This document shows positions 39,618 to 49,314 of a stretch of 64,000 nucleotides of DNA, one piece after another. Made by a program: the position numbers and the translations under genes. The stretch lies in the NCBI GenBank assembly GCA_030835345.1, contig JAURPH010000006.1:68088-132087 (forward strand), read 5' to 3'. A model generated the notes under the pieces. The model worked only from the letters and a program-made list of their open reading frames with translations. It was not told the origin of the DNA and made no database searches. This stretch comes from Thermodesulfobacteriota bacterium. GTDB lineage: Bacteria; Desulfobacterota_D; UBA1144. The first letter of the stretch is position 1. Each line of letters starts with the position of its first letter.

Positions 39618-40160
39618 TTATACTTCATTTTTTGGATTTAACGACTCATCAGCATCTGCAAATTCTTCAATATCAGGAACCTCATTAATATTATTTAAAC
39701 TAAAGATCTCTAAAAACAATTCAGTGGTTGAATAAAGAAAAGGTCTTCCTGGTGCATCTTTTTCGCCAGATATTTTAATTAATTCTCTATCTATAAGGAC
39801 ATTGATTGTACCAATTGAATCAACACCTCTCAGTTTGTCAATTTCTACTTTTGTAACAGGTTGTTTTTTTGCAATTATTCCTAAAACCTCTAGTGCTGCC
39901 TTGCTTAGTTTGTAAGGTTTTTTATTAATATATTCTGTTATCATTTCTTTAAAATTTTCTCTTGTTCTGAAATGAAAACCATTATTAGCCCTCTCTATAT
40001 AAAACGAATGGTTAAGAGAGTTCCACTCTGTAACTAGATCATTAGCAACATTTTCAATAACTACTTTTTCTTCTTCAAGTTGTTCTTGAATATCTTCTAT
40101 TGTTATAGGCTTATCACTAATGAAAATTAATGCTTCAACCTTTTTTTTTAAATCATCCAT
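39618..40160 (-). CDS. scpB: SMC-Scp complex subunit ScpB
   Basis: EALIF, LSKAALEVL.IIA..QPVT, RGVDS, PGRPFLYSTT. Confidence 0.95.
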   Translation of the reverse strand: MDDLKKKVEALIFISDKPITIEDIQEQLEEEKVVIENVANDLVTEWNSLNHSFYIERANNGFHFRTRENFKEMITEYINKKPYKLSKAALEVLGIIAKKQPVTKVEIDKLRGVDSIGTINVLIDRELIKISGEKDAPGRPFLYSTTELFLEIFSLNNINEVPDIEEFADADESLNPKNEV

Positions 40161-40164
40161 ATTT

Positions 40165-40890
40165 TTACCTCTTAAAGAAAGTTATTTTATGATTATCTTC
40201 TTGCTCCAAATCCACAAACTCTTCTTTTATTAACTCTAAAATTATTAAGAAAGAGAGAATGATATTCTCTTTACTCAAAGTTTCATTAAAAATTTCACTA
40301 AACGATATTCTATTATTATTTTCAATCATGAATTGAATCTCGCGCTTTCTCTCCTCTTGATTTAAAATTTCTTCTTTCAAATCAATTGTTGGCACTTCTT
40401 TATATTTTTTCTGGCTTAAAAGATTCTTAACAGAAGTGACAAGTTTCCATACATCAGTATTTTCAACTTTCCATATAGTCTTTTCTTGAAAAGAGTTGTC
40501 TTGATTACGTTTAAAGGTATCTCTTCCGAGCAAATTCCTTGAATTTAAATCTTTTGATAAAAGTCTGTATTTTTTATACTCCTTTAACATATTTAAAAGA
40601 TCTAATTCATTCTCTTCCTCTTTAAGCTCATCTTCTACTTCTTCTGTTGGCAACAAAGACCTTGATTTTATTCTAGTTAGTTCAGCTGCGATTACTATGT
40701 ATTCACCTATGTTTTCAAAATTAAATTCTTTTAAAAGTTCTACATAGTCCAAATATTGTTGTGTAACACTAGCTAGCGATAAATCTTGTATATCCAGATC
40801 CTTATCCTTTATCAATGTTAGAAGTAAGTCCAAAGGGCCTTCAAATATATCCAGCTTTAGTTTATAGGAGTCATTTTCATGCATATCCAT
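40165..40890 (-). CDS. scpA: Segregation and condensation protein ScpA
   Basis: FEGPLDLLL.LI, IKSRSLLP, FLIILEL. Confidence 0.94.
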   Translation of the reverse strand: MDMHENDSYKLKLDIFEGPLDLLLTLIKDKDLDIQDLSLASVTQQYLDYVELLKEFNFENIGEYIVIAAELTRIKSRSLLPTEEVEDELKEEENELDLLNMLKEYKKYRLLSKDLNSRNLLGRDTFKRNQDNSFQEKTIWKVENTDVWKLVTSVKNLLSQKKYKEVPTIDLKEEILNQEERKREIQFMIENNNRISFSEIFNETLSKENIILSFLIILELIKEEFVDLEQEDNHKITFFKR

Positions 40891-41519
40891 TATAGAAAGA
40901 AAATAGCATTTGGTATCAATAAATCCACTATTAAATTTATGGGACTTAATAAAATAAAGGAATAAGATTTTATAAGGAAAAATAATACAATAATTAAGAA
41001 AATCGAATATTTTCTTAAATAGTAATCATATTTATCAGCTATTTTATCTGGCAAAAAACTATAAATAATATTTCCACCATCAAGTGGTGGTACAGGTAAA
41101 AGATTAAATATACCAAGTGCAACATTTAAATAAATCATAATAACAAAAAATTTAGCTATGTCTTGATTTCCACCCTCTAAAGGATTAAAACCAAAAAGAT
41201 TAAAAATTAGTGCAAAAAAAATAGCTATTATAAAATTAGACAAAGGCCCTGCTAATGCAACAATATATAGGCTTTTTCTCCCTCTCTTAAGGTTTTTCAT
41301 TACTACTGGTACTGGTTTAGCCCAACCTATACCTATAAATATTATTGCAAGAGTCCCTAATATGTCTAAATGTTTTAATGGATTTAAAGTAAGTCTTCCA
41401 AGCGATTTTGCTGTATTGTCTCCTAATAAAAGTGCAGAGTAAGCATGACTAAATTCATGAACAGTTAATGAAAACAAAACAATAGGAAGGATAATAAGAA
41501 GTAGTTCCATATTTATCAT
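40890..41519 (-). CDS. Site-2 protease family (M50) membrane metalloprotease
   Basis: HEFSH, GRLTLNPLKH, GWAKPVP, AGPLSN, FNLLPVPPLDG. Confidence 0.94.
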   Translation of the reverse strand: MINMELLLIILPIVLFSLTVHEFSHAYSALLLGDNTAKSLGRLTLNPLKHLDILGTLAIIFIGIGWAKPVPVVMKNLKRGRKSLYIVALAGPLSNFIIAIFFALIFNLFGFNPLEGGNQDIAKFFVIMIYLNVALGIFNLLPVPPLDGGNIIYSFLPDKIADKYDYYLRKYSIFLIIVLFFLIKSYSFILLSPINLIVDLLIPNAIFFL

Positions 41520-42547
41520 TTAGCTTCACCACCAGTAAATGGACCATAGTTATCAAGGATGGCTTTTTTTTCAAGAACTTTATCCAGATATCTATCAGTA
41601 GTAGATACTGACGAATGTCCTAGAAAGTCTCTAATTTCAATTATATCGTTACCATCATTATGCAGATGGGTACCTATTGAATGCCTAAACATGTGGGGAC
41701 TTATCGACTTATATTTCACTTTCCCATTTCTACGGATAGTAAATTTTGTATTTTTAAAAGCTTCAGAGCATATTTTTTTTACAATTTTAAGGACTGAGTG
41801 TCTTGAGATAAATGAAATATTATCTTCACCTTTATTTTTATAAAATTTAACAAATAAATAATTAGATTTTTCGCCTTTTAATATGGATTCCCTATCTGTT
41901 TCTATATAGTTAAGAACATTCTTGTAAGATGGGACGGGTTGCTCTCTATACTTAGCCCCTTTACCCATAATGATAATATGAGGGTTGGCATTATTAAATT
42001 TTAAATCAATTAGTTTTATGTTGATTAATTCACTTACCCTTAAGCCACAATAATAAAGTAATTCAATTATAACCTTATCTCTTATTGGGGTTTTTGATCC
42101 ACTCTGGTTAAAGCTATCAGAATTAAGATATTTAAAAATAATTTCTATCTCTTCAATTGTAAGTGTTTGATGATCAACATTTGATTTAGATAATCTTTTT
42201 ACTAGAGGAGAAGTTTCTATTAGCTTCTTATGAACCATATATTTAAAAAAGCTCGATAATGTCGCAATTACTCTATTTTTTGATGTTTCACTTCTAGACC
42301 CCGTTACACTTTTTGAAATTTGACCATTTCTTTTTTTCCATATTCTTGTATAAGAATTAAATGATTCAGAAGAATAAAAATTTTTAATTGTTTCTTTGTC
42401 TATATCTTTTGGACTATCAATATTCTTTGATTTTAAAAATTTATAAAAGAGATTAAGATCTTTTTGGTATGAACTAAAGGTATTATTTGTAATGCTGTTA
42501 TTGGATACTTGTTTTTGTTTTAAAAATTTATCAATAACATTTTGCAT
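41516..42547 (-). CDS. xerD: Tyrosine recombinase, probably chromosomal XerD, with two basic insertions
   Basis: Catalytic R (GLRVSEL), K (GKG), HxxR (HMFRH), LGH, Y (TDRY); context upstream of site-2 protease-scpA-scpB. Confidence 0.75.
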   Translation of the reverse strand: MQNVIDKFLKQKQVSNNSITNNTFSSYQKDLNLFYKFLKSKNIDSPKDIDKETIKNFYSSESFNSYTRIWKKRNGQISKSVTGSRSETSKNRVIATLSSFFKYMVHKKLIETSPLVKRLSKSNVDHQTLTIEEIEIIFKYLNSDSFNQSGSKTPIRDKVIIELLYYCGLRVSELINIKLIDLKFNNANPHIIIMGKGAKYREQPVPSYKNVLNYIETDRESILKGEKSNYLFVKFYKNKGEDNISFISRHSVLKIVKKICSEAFKNTKFTIRRNGKVKYKSISPHMFRHSIGTHLHNDGNDIIEIRDFLGHSSVSTTDRYLDKVLEKKAILDNYGPFTGGEAK

Positions 42548-42553
42548 AAAGTT

Positions 42554-43807
42554 TTATGTACCACTCTCCCATGAGTTAAGATATAAATCTTGTTCTTTAG
42601 TTAACTTGTCTATAGTAATGCCCATAGATTTAAGTTTAATTTGTGCAACTTTTTCATCAATTCTAGTAGGTACATCATATACTTTGTTTTCTAATTTTTT
42701 ATGATTTTTTACTACATATTCTGCACATAATGCTTGGTTAGCAAAACTCATATCCATAACACTAGAAGGATGACCTTCAGCAGCTGATAGATTGACTAAT
42801 CTTCCATCTGATAAAATATAAACCTTCTTCTTACCCAAGGTGTATTCTTCAATATCTGTTCTAATGCTTCTTTTTTTTGAAGACATCTTCTTTAGTGCAT
42901 CGATATTTATTTCTACATTGAAGTGCCCAGCATTGGAAACAATTGCACCATCTTTCATTAATTTAAAATGATGTTTATCAATAACATTTATATTTCCAGT
43001 AACAGAACAGATAAAATCAGCTATCTTAAAGGCATCATTGCCACTCATCACTCTAAATCCATCCATTCTTGCTTCTAATGCTTTAGTTGGATCAATTTCT
43101 GTTACAATTACATTCGCTCCTAGGCCATGGGCTCTCATTGCAAGACCTTTACCACACCAACCATAACCACAAACAACAAAGTTTTTTCCGGCAACTAATC
43201 TATTAGTTGCTCTCATGATGCTATCCATTACACTTTGTCCTGTACCATATCTATTATCAAAAAGATGTTTAGTGAAAGCATTATTAACTGCAACTATGGG
43301 ATAATTCAAAACACCATTTGCTGACATACTATTAAGTCTTATAACCCCAGTTGTGGTCTCTTCTGTCCCGCCAATTATATTTTTTAAATACTTTTTATGC
43401 GATTTATGAACAAGCCCAACTAAATCACAACCGTCATCCATTGTTATGTTTGGTTCAATAGTAAGAGAGTCGACAATATGTTTATAGTAGCCTCTATTGT
43501 TAATTCCTTTGATAGCAAAAGTTGCAATTCCATGGTCTTTAACTAGGTGTGCAGCAACATCATCCTGAGTAGATAGAGGGTTGGATGCACAACATGCAAC
43601 ATTAGCACCTGCATTTTTTAATGTTATTAGAAGGTTTGCTGTTTCAGTTGTTACATGTAAACAAGCTGCAACATTAATATTTTTTAATGGTTTGGATTTA
43701 GACATAGATACATTAATTGTTTCAAGTACTGGCATATCCCTGTAGGCCCATTCAACTCTATCTCTACCTTGTTTATTTAAACCTAAATCTTTTACATCTG
43801 ATTTCAC
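42554..43807 (-). CDS. ahcY: Adenosylhomocysteinase
   Basis: CLHVT.ET, SNPLSTQD, EETTTG, KHLFDNRYGTGQS, GYGWCGKG, GRLVNL, GHPS. Confidence 0.97.
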   Translation of the reverse strand: MKSDVKDLGLNKQGRDRVEWAYRDMPVLETINVSMSKSKPLKNINVAACLHVTTETANLLITLKNAGANVACCASNPLSTQDDVAAHLVKDHGIATFAIKGINNRGYYKHIVDSLTIEPNITMDDGCDLVGLVHKSHKKYLKNIIGGTEETTTGVIRLNSMSANGVLNYPIVAVNNAFTKHLFDNRYGTGQSVMDSIMRATNRLVAGKNFVVCGYGWCGKGLAMRAHGLGANVIVTEIDPTKALEARMDGFRVMSGNDAFKIADFICSVTGNINVIDKHHFKLMKDGAIVSNAGHFNVEINIDALKKMSSKKRSIRTDIEEYTLGKKKVYILSDGRLVNLSAAEGHPSSVMDMSFANQALCAEYVVKNHKKLENKVYDVPTRIDEKVAQIKLKSMGITIDKLTKEQDLYLNSWESGT

Positions 43808-43834
43808 AAAAACCCTCCCACAGAACTAATATAA

Positions 43835-44992
43835 CTATAAATCAGCAATTTTTTTAGACATATTTACCTTTTCCCATTCAAAATCTTTATCTATTCTCCC
43901 AAAATGACCATATGATGCAGTTTCTCGATAAATTGGGCGAAGTAAATTGAGACTATCGATTATACCTTTTGGCGTACAATTAAATATATTTAATATGTTG
44001 TTTAATAAATTTTCGATTTTATCTTCTGATATGCTATCAGTTGTATTAATATTAAATGAAACAGGCTCTGGTTTACCTATAGCATATGCAAGTTGAATTT
44101 CACAATTATTAAGAAGTCCTGAAGCTACGATATTCTTTGCCATATATCTAGCCATGTAACATGCACTTCTATCAACTTTAGTAGGATCTTTACCTGAAAA
44201 AGCTCCACCACCATGTTTTGCCCATCCACCATAGGTGTCCACAATTATTTTTCTTCCCGTTAAACCTGTATCACCTTGAGGACCGCCAATAACAAATCTT
44301 CCAGTAGGATTAATTATAAATTTTGTTTTCTCTGATATTAAATGGTTTGGGATTTCTTTTTTTATAATCTCTTCAACGATAGATTCTTTTAAATCTTTAT
44401 CTGAAACCTCATCAGAATGCTGGCTGGAAATTAGAACAGTATGAACATACTCTGCTTTATTATTTTTATATTTTATTGAAACTTGTGATTTACCATCGGG
44501 TCTTAAAAAGGGGATTAGATTTTTTTTCCTTTTTTCAGCTAATGCTTTGGTCAACTTGTGAGCTAGAAGAATAGGATAGGGCATACATTCTTCGTTTTCA
44601 TTTGTTGCATATCCAAACATCAACCCCTGGTCTCCAGCACCAATTATATCTGAATCTTTCTGGTCAACGCCCATTGATATATCGGCAGATTGTTCTTCAA
44701 TATAAAGATCAATAATACAATTATTTGCATTAAAACCTTTTGATTCGTCATCATATCCGATATCTAATAATGTATTTTTTACTACTTCCTCATAATTAAT
44801 TTTTACATTTGATTTAATTTCAGCCGAAAGAATAACTCTATTTCTAGTAATAAGTGTTTCACAAGCTACACGAGCATTTGGATCATCTTTTATTATTTCA
44901 TCAAGCACAGAATCAGATATTTGATCAGCAACTTTATCCGGATGTCCTTCTGTTACTGATTCAGAGGAAAAAATAAATTCATTCATCGACAT
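43835..44992 (-). CDS. metK: S-adenosylmethionine synthetase
   Basis: SESVTEGHPDK, GAGDQG, GLTGRKIIVDTYGG, GGAFSGKD. Confidence 0.98.
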   Translation of the reverse strand: MSMNEFIFSSESVTEGHPDKVADQISDSVLDEIIKDDPNARVACETLITRNRVILSAEIKSNVKINYEEVVKNTLLDIGYDDESKGFNANNCIIDLYIEEQSADISMGVDQKDSDIIGAGDQGLMFGYATNENEECMPYPILLAHKLTKALAEKRKKNLIPFLRPDGKSQVSIKYKNNKAEYVHTVLISSQHSDEVSDKDLKESIVEEIIKKEIPNHLISEKTKFIINPTGRFVIGGPQGDTGLTGRKIIVDTYGGWAKHGGGAFSGKDPTKVDRSACYMARYMAKNIVASGLLNNCEIQLAYAIGKPEPVSFNINTTDSISEDKIENLLNNILNIFNCTPKGIIDSLNLLRPIYRETASYGHFGRIDKDFEWEKVNMSKKIADL

Positions 44993-45068
44993 GGCTTTTA
45001 TGATACTATAAAAATGAATTTAATAAACAAGTAACTACAAGCATTTTATAGTGTTATAATCTGAAACT
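44993..45068. promoter_or_regulatory. Divergent -10 elements for metK and rpe
   Basis: TATCAT on the minus strand at 45000-45005 (7 nt from metK ATG); TGtTATAAT at 45052-45060 (8 nt from rpe ATG). Confidence 0.55.
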
Positions 45069-45746
45069 ATGAATAATTTTATTTCAGCATCTATAATAGC
45101 AGCGGATTTCTGGAATCTTGAGAAGGAATTTAAAGAATTAAATAAAACTAAAATTAAATTGATACACTATGATATTATGGATGGTCATTTTGTTCCCAAT
45201 ATAACAATTGGGTCATGTGAATTAGATTCTTTAGTGAATAAATCAAAAATCGGTCTAGATTTACATTTTATGGTAGAAAATCCAGATCATATTGTTCCTT
45301 TTTTTGTAGAAAAATATAAGAATACAACAGTAAAAAATATAACAGTACATTCTGAAGTTTGTGTAAATATAAAAAAACTCTCAAGACTCGTAAAAAAACA
45401 TGGAATAGGTTTTGGCTTAGCTATAAATCCTAAAACATCTATTAATAGAATTATTGAGAATCTCAAATACATTGATTTGGCATTAGTTATGACGGTTGAA
45501 CCCGGTTTTGCTGGTCAATCATTAATAAAAAGTTGTTTAACTAAGATTTCAAAACTTAATTCTTATTTAAAAAAAAATAATCTAGATATTCCTATTCAAG
45601 TTGATGGAGGAATAAAATTAGACAATATATCAAAACTGAAAGAAGTAGGGTCAAATATAATCGTATCTGGAACAGGGATATTCAATACAAAAAATTATAA
45701 AAAAACAGTTGATGAAATGGATAAAATAATTAACGAGGATTTATAG
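45069..45746 (+). CDS. rpe: Ribulose-phosphate 3-epimerase
   Basis: HYDIMDGHFVPN, DLHFM, MTVEPGFAGQ, VDGGI. Confidence 0.96.
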   Translation: MNNFISASIIAADFWNLEKEFKELNKTKIKLIHYDIMDGHFVPNITIGSCELDSLVNKSKIGLDLHFMVENPDHIVPFFVEKYKNTTVKNITVHSEVCVNIKKLSRLVKKHGIGFGLAINPKTSINRIIENLKYIDLALVMTVEPGFAGQSLIKSCLTKISKLNSYLKKNNLDIPIQVDGGIKLDNISKLKEVGSNIIVSGTGIFNTKNYKKTVDEMDKIINEDL

Positions 45747-46550
45747 ATGCTAAATACAAAACTCAAAAAAAAAGTTATTACACATGAGCAAGAGTTTTTA
45801 TCCCTTTTAGACTTTTATGAAGATGGTGAATTTTCTAAGGTAAAGTTTAAGTCTGGATATCAAAATGATAATATAATTTTTGAAGATAATAAGGTTAGGT
45901 TTTGCCCAAAGAATATTGCAATTAATAATTATAATATTGCAAAAATCCCAGCAAGATATAGTAAGTGTAAGAATATTACTTTAGATAATGGTGGCTGGGA
46001 AATCATTGGAACAGATAAAAGTATACAAGATGCTTTAAATTACAGTGTTGAATACACTAAAAATTATCCAAACAATCCCCCTCCTTTTTTTGTTGGAACT
46101 CCTGGTGCAGGCAAAACTCATTTATCAGTTTCAATAATTACTGAATTAATTTTTCAACATGGAAAGAAATGTCTCTTTAAGCAATTCAGAGATTTGCTTT
46201 CAGATATTAAAGATATTTATGTAAAAAATGAATCTGAAAAAGAATATGTAGATAAATTATGTAAATTTGATGTTTTAGTTATTGACGATTTAGGTGCTAC
46301 AAGGATGAGTGAATGGGAAACCAGTGTATTAGATAATCTTATAGCAAATAGATATAACTCAAAAAAACATACAATCTTTAGTTCAAATTTAGCTTTTCTT
46401 GATAGCAAATTGTATAAAGTTACTTCAAAAGACTTAGTACTAGATTATAAAATAGGTGAGAGAAATATTTCTAGAATTTTTGAAATGTGCACCATACTTG
46501 AAACGAAAGGTAAGGACTATAGGAAAAAGAATAAAATTAAAAAGTTATAA
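45747..46550 (+). CDS. DnaC/IstB-like AAA+ ATPase (putative helicase loader)
   Basis: IPARY, Walker A GTPGAGKTHL, Walker B LVIDDLG, RYN....TIFSSN, R..SRIFEMC, GKDYR. Confidence 0.85.
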   Translation: MLNTKLKKKVITHEQEFLSLLDFYEDGEFSKVKFKSGYQNDNIIFEDNKVRFCPKNIAINNYNIAKIPARYSKCKNITLDNGGWEIIGTDKSIQDALNYSVEYTKNYPNNPPPFFVGTPGAGKTHLSVSIITELIFQHGKKCLFKQFRDLLSDIKDIYVKNESEKEYVDKLCKFDVLVIDDLGATRMSEWETSVLDNLIANRYNSKKHTIFSSNLAFLDSKLYKVTSKDLVLDYKIGERNISRIFEMCTILETKGKDYRKKNKIKKL

Positions 46551-46893
46551 TAGTGAAACCATCGTCTACTAATTTTTTAAAGCTAGGGTGACCATTATAT
46601 TCGCTCAATTGTTCAATGTTACATGATTCTGCATCTTTAGTAACACCAAAAGCACCAGCACAATAGCCACATACTCCAGCTACTTTATCTTTAACTGAGT
46701 CAAACAGATCATTATACTTTCCGCCTTCTTCTGTAAATTTATTAATCCACTTTGTGCCAGCACCATCAAAAATGATTAAAACCTCATCATTTGCATCTTT
46801 AAATTCTTTTGCTGTCATAAGACCATTTACAGCTCTACCAAAATCACCTGGTCCTGCTGTATCTGCTAAAATTACTATTGCTACTTTTGACAT
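46537..46893 (-). CDS. DsrE/DsrF-like family protein
   Basis: GR..NGL..A.E, IIFDGAGT, GVCGYCA, small alpha/beta protein; SD AAGGAG. Confidence 0.75.
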   Translation of the reverse strand: MSKVAIVILADTAGPGDFGRAVNGLMTAKEFKDANDEVLIIFDGAGTKWINKFTEEGGKYNDLFDSVKDKVAGVCGYCAGAFGVTKDAESCNIEQLSEYNGHPSFKKLVDDGFTIITF

Positions 46894-47045
46894 AAAACAC
46901 TCCTTTATTACTAATATAAACCATCTAGGATTGTTCTTCTAGTGGACTAAGAGATTGTAATAGTAAAAAAGATAGTATAGTATAAAAAGAATATTAGATT
47001 AGTTTGACCATAATATATTTAAAGTTAGAAGCATAGAGGAATATT

Positions 47046-47393
47046 ATGAAAAAATTGACTACTGAATGCCCTTTAGAAAGAAGCCTAGAGGTTATATCAG
47101 GAAAATGGAAAATATGTATTTTGACTAAGTTATCAAAAAGAAAATATCGATTTGGAGAGATAAGAAGAGCTATTGGTGATATAACGGTAAAAATGCTCTC
47201 ACAACAATTAAAAGAGCTTGAAAGATCTGAATTAATAAGCAGAAAAGATTATGGAGAGGTTCCTCCTAAAGTTGAATATTCAATAACTAATTTTGGATTA
47301 ACCTTATCACCTATATTGGAGCAAATTGAAATATGGGGTGTTAAAAATAAGACTTCAATTGATAAATATTTAAAAGATGTTGGTAAGATTTAA
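47046..47393 (+). CDS. HxlR family winged-helix transcriptional regulator
   Basis: CPLE.SLEVISGKWK, RFGEI, MLSQQLKELE, VPPKVEYS.T..G. Confidence 0.93.
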   Translation: MKKLTTECPLERSLEVISGKWKICILTKLSKRKYRFGEIRRAIGDITVKMLSQQLKELERSELISRKDYGEVPPKVEYSITNFGLTLSPILEQIEIWGVKNKTSIDKYLKDVGKI

Positions 47394-48634
47394 CAACTTC
47401 TTAAGCTTTTATATTTTTTTAGTAAATCGCCAATAAAATATATTGACCCACAAAAGAGTGTGTTCTTATTTTTCTTAATGTGTAATTTTAAATCTTCATA
47501 ATTCCCTAAAACTACTTTTCTATTATTTATTTTTTTTTCAATTTCATCTGGAATGAAAGTCCTTTCGTTATTAACTTTAAAGAGAATTATCTTGCTTGAA
47601 ATTTTCAATAATTCATTAATACATTTTATTGGATCTTTATCATTTAACATTCCTAGTATTACAATAAATTTTTTAGAAGTTAACTTTTTAACATTTTGGA
47701 CCAATGTTTTAATTGCTTCATGATTGTGAGCTACATCTACAATCTTGAATGGATTCCAAGATAAAATGCTAAATCTGCCTTCCCATTTTATATTTTCTAA
47801 TGAATTTACAATATTTTCATCTTCAAGATTAAATCCAAAATTATTTTTTATTATGGAACAGGTTTTTAAAACAATTGCCATATTTTCTATTTGATGCATT
47901 CCCTTTAAGCTTGAATTAAAAGTTAAATTCTCATATTTATAAAATTCTTTTTTGTAATCAATATTAAAGTCTTTTCTAAAGACATAAATATTTTTAGTTT
48001 TTTTTAATATGTAATTTTTAACTCTGTTAAAAGGATAAGGCTTCATTCCAGTTATAAAAAAACTATCTTTTTTAATAATGCCAATTTTTTCTTTGGCTAT
48101 TTTTAATAAAGTATTCCCAAGATATTCCTTATGGTCTTTTGCGATATTTGTTATTATTGAAATTTTTGAATCTATTACATTAGTTGCATCGAACCTTCCG
48201 CCAAGTCCAACTTCAAATATATTAAAGATGTTTTTACTTTTACTTAAGAAAAGTATTCCTACTACAGTTATTAACTCGAAAAAACTCAGTTTAATATTTA
48301 CTTTTATTTCTGTTTTGATAATTTCTTCAAGAATTTGATCCAGTTCTTTAGTTGAGATATTTTTCTCCCCTATAGAGATTCTCTCATTTAGAGAATATAG
48401 GTGAGGGGAGGTGTAAAGACCAGTTTTTAAATTTGAATTGTTGAGTATGGTTGAAAGGGATTTGGCAACAGAACCTTTACCATTTGTTCCAGTTATGCCA
48501 ATTGTAATTCCAAGATTTTTTTGTGGATTTTCTAACTCTAAAAGAATACCCCTGATGTTTGCCAATGATGGGTGTGTAGAATTTTTTCGTTTTTCAAGTT
48601 CTTTTATATTGTAGTATTTTAACCTGGAGGCCAA
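47390..48634 (-). CDS. folC: Folylpolyglutamate synthase/dihydrofolate synthase
   Basis: GTNGKGS, YTSPHL, FFE, EVGLGGRFDATN, W.GR, DVAHN, GSIY. Confidence 0.94.
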   Translation of the reverse strand: MASRLKYYNIKELEKRKNSTHPSLANIRGILLELENPQKNLGITIGITGTNGKGSVAKSLSTILNNSNLKTGLYTSPHLYSLNERISIGEKNISTKELDQILEEIIKTEIKVNIKLSFFELITVVGILFLSKSKNIFNIFEVGLGGRFDATNVIDSKISIITNIAKDHKEYLGNTLLKIAKEKIGIIKKDSFFITGMKPYPFNRVKNYILKKTKNIYVFRKDFNIDYKKEFYKYENLTFNSSLKGMHQIENMAIVLKTCSIIKNNFGFNLEDENIVNSLENIKWEGRFSILSWNPFKIVDVAHNHEAIKTLVQNVKKLTSKKFIVILGMLNDKDPIKCINELLKISSKIILFKVNNERTFIPDEIEKKINNRKVVLGNYEDLKLHIKKNKNTLFCGSIYFIGDLLKKYKSLRSC

Positions 48635-48957
48635 CTAAGTTTTCTCCCTGCTAAAAAATGCAAATGAATATGAAAAACACTTTGCCCTGCATGTTCACCA
48701 TTATTCATAACTAATCTGTAACCTTTGGAAATATTTAATTTATTTGCAATAATTCTTGCTACACTGAATAGGTGACCCACAACTTCTTCATCTGCTTTAT
48801 CAATTAGGTCAGGTCTTTCAATTCTTTTCTTAGGAATTATCAGTATATGAGTAGGTGCTTGTGGATTAATATCATAAAAAGCTATCGACACATTGTCCTC
48901 ATAAACTATGTCAGAGGGTATTTCACGATCAATTATTTTTTCAAAAAGGTTTTTCAT
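48619..48957 (-). CDS. hinT: HIT family nucleotide hydrolase (HinT-like)
   Basis: DINPQAPTH, GQSVFHIHLH, WPPG. Confidence 0.93.
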   Translation of the reverse strand: MKNLFEKIIDREIPSDIVYEDNVSIAFYDINPQAPTHILIIPKKRIERPDLIDKADEEVVGHLFSVARIIANKLNISKGYRLVMNNGEHAGQSVFHIHLHFLAGRKLSWPPG

Positions 48958-48960
48958 AGA

Positions 48961-49314
48961 TTAATTATTATTTATTATAGCTATTGCTGTAGCTATTTTA
49001 TCCGTATGTGTAATTGATATCATTATTTCATTATTATTGTTCTCAATTATAGCAACTGGTTTCCCAGAGGCTGATTTTATAATCTTAATACTTTTGAATG
49101 TTAAACCATCTCTAAAACCATTTCCTAAAGCTTTAGCTATAGCTTCTTTAGCAGCAAATTTACCAGACAGGGAATTTAAGAAGCTTTTTTTATCTTTGTA
49201 TAAAGGTAGCTCTTCAGTATTGAAAATTTTATTAGTAAACTTTTCACCCCACTTATCATAAATTTTATTCAATCTAGAAATATCAACATTATCAACTCCA
49301 ACACCTTTAATCAT
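48961..49314 (-). CDS. acpS: Holo-ACP synthase
   Basis: GVGVD, FAAKEA..KALG.G, GKP, SITH. Confidence 0.95.
   Translation of the reverse strand: MIKGVGVDNVDISRLNKIYDKWGEKFTNKIFNTEELPLYKDKKSFLNSLSGKFAAKEAIAKALGNGFRDGLTFKSIKIIKSASGKPVAIIENNNNEIMISITHTDKIATAIAIINNN

Noticed and set aside
41516-42547. Prophage or island integrase
   Set aside because: Embedded in housekeeping synteny (ahcY, site-2 protease, scpAB) with no tRNA, att repeat or phage genes.
45747-46550. IS21 element (IstB-like ATPase)
   Set aside because: No IstA transposase, terminal inverted repeats or target duplication; the gene abuts rpe.
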